A DNA stretch of 12,699 bases from Candidatus Bathyarchaeia archaeon (GCA_030019335.1 JASEET010000020.1:1-12699), one strand, 5' to 3'; positions 7,556 through 12,699 are shown, numbered from the stretch's first letter. The notes: generated by a model not told the origin, from the sequence alone. Made by a program: numbers and translations.

Positions 7556-7744
7556 ATGCTCAACGACGGAGAATGGCATATGCTAGAGGAAATACGACAA
7601 AAAACAAGAATGGACGACAATCAAATCCAGTCAGTAATAGAGTTTCTAAAGGCATACAATTTTATAGTGATGGATGCAGCGAAAAAGAAGATGAAACTTG
7701 ACGAAACCGTTCGAAAATTCTTGGCTCACACAACTACTTCATAA
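7556..7744 (+). CDS. Small winged-helix DNA-binding protein (start uncertain)
   Basis: 62 aa from the first ATG: MLNDGEWHMLEEIRQKTRMDDNQIQSVIEFLKAYNFIVMDAAKKKMKLDETVRKFL, with wHTH helix 2, helix 3 and a wing. The in-frame upstream codons encode ILTTTKIAEILE, which looks like helix 1, but no ATG, GTG or TTG is available there. Confidence 0.55.
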   Translation: MLNDGEWHMLEEIRQKTRMDDNQIQSVIEFLKAYNFIVMDAAKKKMKLDETVRKFLAHTTTS

Positions 7745-8030
7745 GTGCCGTCAAGTTTTTATAAGCCTTCAAAAATTTCCTACCTTTATCGGTGGCCTTG
7801 AACAAGCCAGGGTTAGAATCACCGCTTGGAGCAACAACTTGTAGAAGTTCTTTCTTGAGCATAAAGTGCAAATAGTACTTCAACTGTCTGAAGCTTAAAT
7901 TACATCTGTACATTAAATAAGTTTTCTTAACCCCGCCGTAAGAAGCAACTAAAATATCTGCAATAATATCTAAACGTCCACGGTGGCTACTACTACCTCG
8001 TTTCTTGGTTTGAACCAACAAACTGATCAA
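7734..8030 (-). CDS. Winged-helix protein of the archaeal HTH_45 type
   Basis: 98 aa starting at TTG. The sequence RGRLDIIADILVASYGGVKKTYLMYRCNLSFRQLKYYLHFMLKKELL...FKATDKGRKFLKAY matches the R.RLEII.DIL....G..KT.IMY.ANLSY.QL..YL..L pattern. Confidence 0.8.
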   Translation of the reverse strand: MISLLVQTKKRGSSSHRGRLDIIADILVASYGGVKKTYLMYRCNLSFRQLKYYLHFMLKKELLQVVAPSGDSNPGLFKATDKGRKFLKAYKNLTALMK

Positions 8031-8153
8031 CTCAGCCCTTAAAGGCTGCTAAACTGCCCTTTTCTCCCAAGAATACCAATGAAAACACTGATTTAAACGT
8101 TCTGAAAAGTGAAATTGAAAGACAAAAACGAAGTAGGAATTATCAATTTTGCC

Positions 8154-8546
8154 CTAAAGCACGTGCAGTTTCCTCAAGACTTTTTCGCTGTCGGCGTTTT
8201 TCTCCATGAAAACGCTTATTTTATTTTCATTAATCGTCAAGGAAAGCATTTTGGTATCTTTGCCTTCAACAACCGTGTTTTTAATTTCACCTAAGTTGAA
8301 AAGTTCTGAAAGTTCTTCGCTTGCGTCAAATGCTGAGGATGAGAGAATGGCGTAGTCAATTATTTTTGTTGGGTCTTTAAGGTCTATTGCTGCGGAAGTG
8401 GAGTTTCTTAGGATATAGCCTATAACACCATTGTAGGTTTTGATTTCTTCGAGTCTTGCGCGTAAATCGTTTACAGGTGTTGCTTCAAGAGCCGCGGGTT
8501 CAATAACGGCTGCAACCTCTTGAATGCTTTTCTTTTTCCTAGCCAT
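8154..8546 (-). CDS. Roadblock/LC7 (MglB-like) domain protein
   Basis: 130 aa. LEEIKTYNGVIGYILRNSTSAAIDLKDPTKIIDYAILSSSAFDASEELSELFNLGEIKNTVVEGKDTKMLSLTINENKISVFM fits the alpha-beta-alpha Roadblock layout. The gap to the upstream gene is 15 nt. Confidence 0.75.
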   Translation of the reverse strand: MARKKKSIQEVAAVIEPAALEATPVNDLRARLEEIKTYNGVIGYILRNSTSAAIDLKDPTKIIDYAILSSSAFDASEELSELFNLGEIKNTVVEGKDTKMLSLTINENKISVFMEKNADSEKVLRKLHVL

Positions 8547-8561
8547 AACTTGTAGCTTCCA

Positions 8562-9335
8562 TTACTCAACTACTGGTTTAACCCTCACGGGTTCACCTTT
8601 CTTAATTTCGAGGTCAAGCAGTATCTTCTCGGGCATCTGTATGATTCCTTTTCTTTTGGAATCTTTTATAGGCTTGACTTTGTATTGCATTGTCTTTCCC
8701 TCAAAGGTTTCAATTTCAACCTTCTTAATTTTTTTACGATTGTACGTTTCTTGCCACTGCGATAATGTTTCGTAGTCAATTCGTACTGTGTCAGACCACC
8801 GTGCGTACAATAGTAAACCACCGAGGTCTTCAACTATTAACTGATTTGCCGAGGGTTCCAGAGGTGGTAGTTCAGGCTCGATTTCAGGCTCTAAGGTTTC
8901 TTTAGGCTCTTCGGATTCTTTGACTATTGGAATTTCAGGTTGGGGCTGTTTGCTTTTGAGGGGGGCAGGGTGAATTTTCTCTAGCAGTCTCAGAGCTGTT
9001 GGAATTAGAACGCGTGTTACGGTGTTTACATACTTCATATCCGCTTTTCTGGAAGTAACGGTGACAAGGTAAAGGTCGTTTACGCAGGAAATGTTTGCTC
9101 TGCCCTTGCTGCCCTCAAAGGTTACGCCTCCTACGCCGCCTATGGCTTCAGCCTTTTCTAGTATACCGTGGAAGGCGTTTGCAACACGCACCATTGCTTT
9201 CTCAGGCGTTGCTTCGTCTCCAGCTATGATTTCGCCGTCTTTTCTGAACATGAAGGAGTTTTTAATGTCTGGGCATATGTTTCGGACTTCGTTTAAGGCG
9301 TTTTTTAGGGCAAAGGAGTAGATTTCCGTATCCAT
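8562..9335 (-). CDS. Roadblock/LC7 domain fused through a Pro/Glu-rich linker to an uncharacterised beta-rich C-terminal domain
   Basis: 257 aa. The N-terminal ~120 aa is Roadblock-like (ALNEVRNICPDIKNSFMFRKDGEIIAG...GGVGGVTFEGSKGRANISCVNDLYLVTVTS). The linker is PAPLKSKQPQPEIPIVKESEEPKETLEPEIEPELPPLEPS. The C-terminal ~90 aa ends in GIIQMPEKILLDLEIKKGEPVRVKPV. Confidence 0.75.
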   Translation of the reverse strand: MDTEIYSFALKNALNEVRNICPDIKNSFMFRKDGEIIAGDEATPEKAMVRVANAFHGILEKAEAIGGVGGVTFEGSKGRANISCVNDLYLVTVTSRKADMKYVNTVTRVLIPTALRLLEKIHPAPLKSKQPQPEIPIVKESEEPKETLEPEIEPELPPLEPSANQLIVEDLGGLLLYARWSDTVRIDYETLSQWQETYNRKKIKKVEIETFEGKTMQYKVKPIKDSKRKGIIQMPEKILLDLEIKKGEPVRVKPVVE

Positions 9336-9359
9336 ATTCTTTGCTTCCGTGCGCTGTTC

Positions 9360-9785
9360 TTAAGACAGTTTGAAGAGTATGCGATCTGGGACGCCGTTGT
9401 TTTCCACAACAATGTATTTTAGACCTTCGGTGTCTCCAAGCTGGTCCAGCCATTTTAGTGCTTCACGGGTTTTTTGCAGTACCAGAAGTTTTTCTTGGTG
9501 GCTTCTTACAACTTCTTCTATTGCTGTTAGTTCATGGAATGGGTTGGCGTCTAAAACTATGTTCAGGGTGCCTACTGTGATTTCTCCTAGGTTTTGGCTT
9601 ACAGCCTTTTTGCCCGCTAGTTTCATGACGACTTCTCGGACTCTCTTTGACTTTTCAGCTAGGATTCTAATGTCGTCTAGTCGGCGTAGGTACTCGCCCA
9701 ATACGCTTTTTGTATCAGATATTTTCTTTTCTAGAGTTTCAGCTATATCTTCTGCTGAAGTGTATTCTTTTATTTCTACTACCAT
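9360..9785 (-). CDS. Coiled-coil protein of unknown function (141 aa)
   Basis: The track ORF extends to 9839, but GGAGGT sits 9 nt upstream of the internal ATG at 9785 (MVVEIKEY...), and the extra 18 aa (MKKASLHSLYFLFGGTIK) look non-coding. Long heptad-like helices flank a short beta segment. The gap to the next gene is 24 nt. Confidence 0.65.
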   Translation of the reverse strand: MVVEIKEYTSAEDIAETLEKKISDTKSVLGEYLRRLDDIRILAEKSKRVREVVMKLAGKKAVSQNLGEITVGTLNIVLDANPFHELTAIEEVVRSHQEKLLVLQKTREALKWLDQLGDTEGLKYIVVENNGVPDRILFKLS

Positions 9786-9878
9786 TTTTATTGTACCTCC
9801 AAAGAGGAAATAGAGGGAATGTAGAGAGGCTTTCTTCACCCTACCCCCAATCTCAAACTTGCGTTTTCTACTTACCTG

Positions 9879-10292
9879 CTATGGCGCAGTATAGCTGGAC
9901 GGATATCTGTTACCAGCCGTTGTGTAAAACGCAAACTCGTATTTAGTCCCTGATGTGAAGTTTCCACTCACAACAATGTACTCTGATACGCCTGGATTCA
10001 ATGTTATACTTGTCGGGTTCATAGTAGCAGTTACGTCATTCACTTTAACCGAACTTATCGTTAAAGCTGCAGTTCCTGTATTCTTCACGTTAAGCGTCAC
10101 GTTTGTATATGTAGGTGCGGTCCCATTCCATGTAGGCGGAGAGATTATCTTTAGCTCTTCTGATTTCATGAATGTAAATGTTAGGGCTCCCATCCATGCT
10201 GCTACGGCTATGCTGACTGCGACTGTTACTGCGATGAGTATGATTGATGCCACTACGGGGCTTAGGGCTTTCTTACTCTTCAACATTTTCAT
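9879..10292 (-). CDS. Archaeal type IV pilin-like protein with class III signal peptide
   Basis: The N-terminus MKMLKSKKA/LSPVVASIILIAVTVAVSIAVAAW has a charged leader, a small residue, then the conserved SPV(I/V)A..LLIA.TV hydrophobic helix. It is followed by a Thr/Asn/Val-rich beta domain. The track start is GTG 10322. I prefer ATG 10292 because GGAGGG (plus CCCTCC 10304-10309) precedes it. Confidence 0.8.
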   Translation of the reverse strand: MKMLKSKKALSPVVASIILIAVTVAVSIAVAAWMGALTFTFMKSEELKIISPPTWNGTAPTYTNVTLNVKNTGTAALTISSVKVNDVTATMNPTSITLNPGVSEYIVVSGNFTSGTKYEFAFYTTAGNRYPSSYTAP

Positions 10293-10345
10293 TTTCTTTT
10301 TATCCCTCCTTTTGGGTTTCACGTGTATTATAGTGGAATTGACTG

Positions 10346-10353
10346 ATTTAAAT
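10346..10353 (-). promoter_or_regulatory. Candidate TATA box (ATTTAAAT) upstream of the pilin gene
   Basis: Palindromic AT-rich octamer about 25 nt upstream of GTG 10322 and about 55 nt upstream of ATG 10292. Confidence 0.3.
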
Positions 10354-10393
10354 CTTACGACTTAATACACCATATTAATCATTTGTAAAACAA

Positions 10394-10445
10394 AACTACA
10401 AAACATCAACAACCAACAACCAGCCTAACAACTACAAAACATCAA
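10394..10445 (+). repeat. Exact 16-nt direct repeat AACTACAAAACATCAA (10394-10409 and 10430-10445) inside a C/A-rich tract
   Basis: Read directly from the sequence. The period is 36 nt. The surrounding ~94 nt (10387-10480) contain only three G by my count. Confidence 0.6.
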
Positions 10446-10577
10446 AAACGAAACCGTACAACAACACCCAAACATTATCCCCAGAAGGCTTAACACGTGA
10501 GCAGGAAATCCACATCCTTTATTAGGGGTGGGATGAAAGCGAATATCTATATGTCGGCGTCTCATATAATTGATTAT

Positions 10578-10859
10578 ATGCCGAGAGGATATATATCGTC
10601 TCAAACTTGCGTCCACTTTATGAATTACCATTTCGTCTGTGTCCGAAGCATAGAAGACCAGTTTTAGTGAGGAAAGTAAAAGAGAGGCTTGACGAGTTGA
10701 TAAAAAAGAAAGTAGAAAAGTTAGGATGCAAAGTTATAGCCCTCAATATCGGGGAAGATCATGTTCACTCTATGGACAAGAAGCTATTTTGTCTCAACGC
10801 ACGGGCACGCTTCAGATGAAACTATACAAAAATACATAGAAGAGCAAAAGGGGATGTAG
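10578..10859 (+). pseudogene. tnpA: IS200-type Y1 (HUH) transposase TnpA, frameshifted and internally deleted
   Basis: Frame 0 from ATG 10578 reads MPRGYISSQTCVHFMNYHFVCV. A 1-nt shift near 10640 leads to PKHRRPVLVRKVKERLDELIKKKVEKLGCKVIALNIGEDHVH (HUH motif). A jump back to frame 0 at about 10770 gives LWTRSYFVSTHGHASDETIQKYIEEQKGM*. About 45-55 aa that normally lie between HVH and LW.RSYF are missing. Confidence 0.75.
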
Positions 10860-11680
10860 GTGCAAACAACCTACAAGTTTAGGCTCTATCCGATGAAAGA
10901 ACAAGAAGGAAAGTTGCTTGAAACTTTAGAGCTATGCAGGCAAACTTACAACCATTTCTTATCTCAATTGAACAACAAGGATAAGATGCGTAGCAGATTA
11001 GAGTTGCAAGCTCAGCTTCCAAAACTGAAAACGGAAAAGCCTGAACTGAATAAAGTTTACTCTAAAGTTTTGCAGATGTACAGAAGGTCGTTGGAATCGA
11101 CATGGGAATAAATCACTTCCTAACCGACAGCGTGGGGAGACAAGTAGAGAATCCGAGATTTTACCAAAAGACTCTGTGGAGAATAAAGATGGTTCAACAC
11201 TGCTTATGCAAGAAGCGCAAAGGTTCTGAGAACAGAGAAAAGCAGAGGCTGAAGCTCGCTAAATTATGCGAAAAATTAGTAAACCAAAGAGATGATTTTC
11301 TACATAAGCTCTCTCACTTTTATGTTAACAGTTATGACGTAATTTGTGTTGAAGATTTGAACATAAAGGGCATGGTTAGAAACCATAAGTTAGCTGGGAA
11401 GATACTCGACGCCTCTTGGGGCAAATTCCTCCAAATGCTACACTACAAAGCTGAAAACGCTGGTGGTGTAGTGGTGAAGGTGAATCCAAGAGGCACAAGT
11501 AGAGAATATAAACATGGAGAGTTAGACCGAGATTACAACGCCTCTCTAAACATACTTGAGAGAGGCTTATCGGGAATGGGACAGCCCTATGAGCCTGTGG
11601 AGATAGCGCCTCTACCGAGAGCTATCTCGGCAAGCACCATCGTTGAAGCAGGAAGCCCACAACCCTTCAGGGGTGGGTAG
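10860..11680 (+). pseudogene. tnpB: TnpB remnant: N-terminal piece and RuvC piece in different frames, central region and zinc ribbon deleted
   Basis: ORF 10860..11111 (MQTTYKFRLYPMKEQEGKLLETLELCRQTYNHFL...KVYSKVLQM) is a typical TnpB N-terminus. The frame changes at about 11075-11085 directly into ..VVGIDMGINHF (RuvC-I). Downstream come ..KKRKGSENREKQRLKLAKL..RDDFLHKLSH.. and VICVEDLNIKGM (RuvC-II). The end reads ..NPRGTSREYKHGELDRDYNASLNIL (RuvC-III) with no CxxC pairs. About 100 aa are missing between the two pieces. Confidence 0.8.
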
Positions 11681-11681
11681 T

Positions 11682-12017
11682 TCACACACCTAACTTGTCA
11701 AAAAACTCCAGCAGAAGCTTCGCAACTTTCTCGCCGAACTTCGTCGCTACATAATACTTCTTTAAGGGGTCAATGTACTTACTCTCAGCCAAGCCCAAAC
11801 TCTCAATCTCAATCATCCTAGCCCTAAAAGTGCCATCGCTCAAAGTTAAACCATTCGCACGCATAAACTCTTTAGCCTCCTTCCATTTCCCACGGTTCAT
11901 GTGAAGTAGAAAAATGCAGTCTATGGCATGGTCTTTCTCAAGCATAGCCTTAATAAGCGCCAACTTCGAGTCTGTCAATATGTGCCTAATCTTCTCCTCT
12001 TCTCCACTCTTCACCAT
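11682..12017 (-). CDS. Hypothetical protein, probable winged-helix DNA-binding fold
   Basis: 111 aa. The segment LSDGTFRARMIEIESLGLAESKYIDPLKKYYVATKFGEKVAKLL looks like a recognition helix, wing and C-terminal helix. No family was recognised with confidence. Its stop codon (11684-11682) lies inside the IS right-end motif. Confidence 0.6.
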   Translation of the reverse strand: MVKSGEEEKIRHILTDSKLALIKAMLEKDHAIDCIFLLHMNRGKWKEAKEFMRANGLTLSDGTFRARMIEIESLGLAESKYIDPLKKYYVATKFGEKVAKLLLEFFDKLGV

Positions 12018-12177
12018 TACCCATTCAACCCTTCATTTCTGCTTTCTGATTATAGCGTAATCCCTTTAAAAGATTTAACCTATATTACGATTCGTGACAT
12101 GATATGAGGAAATGTAAATTAATTTTTAAGCACTATTTTTTCTTTCGGCATAAGGTTTCGCAAGTTTTATTTAGTAT

Positions 12178-12216
12178 TCCCACCCCTACTAAGTAGGGGT
12201 ACCCCCCTACTTGTAC
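12178..12216. repeat. IS-end-like palindrome module (remnant or miniature IS200/IS605 derivative)
   Basis: The 8-bp hairpin is ACCCCTAC-TAA-GTAGGGGT (12182-12200). TACCCCCCTAC (12200-12210) is identical to 5997-6007 in the tnpB right-end hairpin. TCCCACCCCTA (12178-12188) is the reverse complement of TAGGGGTGGGA at 10523-10533 in the left end of the decayed IS. Confidence 0.55.
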
Positions 12217-12699
12217 TTCGACCCGAGACCAAAAACTAAGAGAGAAGACTTATTCAACAGAGAAAAAGAACTCAAACAATTCCAAAAGGTGCTATCTTAC
12301 ACTGTAATAATCCTCGTTACAGGGCTACGCCGGACAGGCAAGACATCCTTCGTTGATGTGGCACTATCTGAAACCGACCACCCCCATATCTTCTTAGACA
12401 TGCGAGACCTCCCAATAATCCCCTCCCGCGTCCAAATACTCCGCAAAATAGAAACAGCCTTCAACAAACTATCCAAAAAATGGACGCCTCTATTAGACGC
12501 TCTGAAACATGTCAAAGGCGTCAGCATCGCTGGTAGCTCCATAACCTTTCAATGGGGTAAGGAGGGCGTCGACTTAGCCGAATTATTCGACAAAATAGAT
12601 TCTTGGGCCAAAAGCCACAACAAACGTTTCCTAATAGCCTTCGATGAAGCCCAACTCATCCGGGGAGATAAAGACATACTAAAACTCTTTGCAAGAATA
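12211..12699 (+). CDS. Archaeal AAA ATPase (Arch_ATPase/ATPase_2 family), N-terminal 163 codons, continues past the right edge
   Basis: It is not in the ORF track because there is no stop in the window. A TTG start gives (M)YFDPRPKTKREDLFNREKELKQFQKVLSYTVIILVTGLRRTGKTSFVDVAL (Walker A G.RR.GKTS). Downstream are ..DMRDL.. and KRFLIAFDEAQLI (Walker B). The N-terminal FD.RPK..REDLF.RE.EL motif is typical of the family. Confidence 0.85.
   Translation, partial: MYFDPRPKTKREDLFNREKELKQFQKVLSYTVIILVTGLRRTGKTSFVDVALSETDHPHIFLDMRDLPIIPSRVQILRKIETAFNKLSKKWTPLLDALKHVKGVSIAGSSITFQWGKEGVDLAELFDKIDSWAKSHNKRFLIAFDEAQLIRGDKDILKLFARI

Larger units (their letters stand above)
10487..11685 (+). mobile_element. 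Decayed IS605-type element (tnpA plus tnpB, both pseudogenes)
   Basis: A degenerate left-end hairpin (10508-10535) is followed by GGGTGGGATGAA and TCGGCGT, then the tnpA and tnpB remnants. The right-end bulged hairpin CCCAC(AA)CCC-TTCA-GGGGTGGG (11656-11677) is followed by TAGTTCAC ending at 11685. The left boundary is uncertain (10487-10508). Confidence 0.7.

Noticed and set aside
7378-7701. 107-aa ORF upstream of and overlapping the small wHTH gene
   Set aside because: The translation is Asn/Lys/Arg-rich and low-complexity, there is no RBS, and it overlaps the better wHTH frame. It lies in A-rich intergenic DNA where long ORFs arise easily.
10394-10445. Could the 16-nt direct repeats be a mini CRISPR array?
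   Set aside because: There are only two copies. The repeat is too short (16 nt) and the spacer too short (20 nt). The repeat has no palindromic character and there are no cas genes.
10425-10631. 68-aa minus-strand ORF across the C/A-rich tract and the IS left end
   Set aside because: The translation (…MFGCCCTVSFLMFCSC) comes from compositional skew, and the ORF overlaps the tnpA remnant and IS end structures.
10607-10859. Programmed ribosomal frameshifting in tnpA
   Set aside because: IS200-type TnpA is not known to need frameshifting. The frame changes here come with loss of about 50 aa of conserved sequence, which fits decay better than recoding.
10523-12188. The 11-nt inverted match TAGGGGTGGGA / TCCCACCCCTA as ends of a composite transposon enclosing the decayed IS and the 111-aa gene
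   Set aside because: By a rough estimate, an 11-mer match is expected by chance many times in 12.7 kb. IS200/IS605 elements do not use terminal inverted repeats. I keep it only as evidence that the 12.18-kb palindrome is related to IS ends.
12297-12542. 81-aa minus-strand ORF
   Set aside because: It lies antisense inside the ATPase ORF, which carries clear Walker A and Walker B motifs.
1-12699. tRNA, rRNA, C/D-box sRNA or riboswitch candidates
   Set aside because: I scanned the intergenic regions by eye for GC-rich cloverleaf-sized blocks and for RUGAUGA...CUGA box pairs, and found nothing convincing. A proper covariance-model scan was not possible here.

Overview
By eye this is an archaeal chromosomal segment of moderate-to-low GC. 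Supporting signs are GGAGG/GGTGA-type ribosome-binding sites, TATA boxes about 25 nt upstream of starts, a class III signal-peptide pilin, DUF131 proteins and an Arch_ATPase-type AAA protein. Bases 1-5300 hold ordinary conserved genes, mostly on the minus strand: a partial membrane protein, a three-OB-fold RPA-like ssDNA-binding protein, two tandem DUF131 membrane proteins, a SWIM zinc-finger protein, Hsp20, and a metallophosphoesterase plus an IMPase/FBPase-family gene overlapping by ATGA. Bases 5300-12699 are mosaic and accessory. This part holds a vapBC toxin-antitoxin pair and an intact solo tnpB element (IS200/IS605 family, IS1341-like) sitting exactly on the 5' end of vapB. It also holds two convergent winged-helix genes and a co-directional cluster of pilin, coiled-coil protein, Roadblock/LC7 fusion and Roadblock/LC7 with no GTPase. 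Further right are a decayed IS605-type element (tnpA and tnpB both pseudogenes) that shares end motifs with the intact element, another wHTH gene, an IS-end-like palindrome module, and the 5' part of an archaeal AAA ATPase. I saw no rRNA, tRNA or CRISPR array. The two most interesting items are the tnpB/omega-RNA/vapB junction, where joining the IS flanks rebuilds the lost vapB start, and the GTPase-less Roadblock pair next to a type IV pilin-like gene. All functional calls come from motif recognition by eye; no database search was run.
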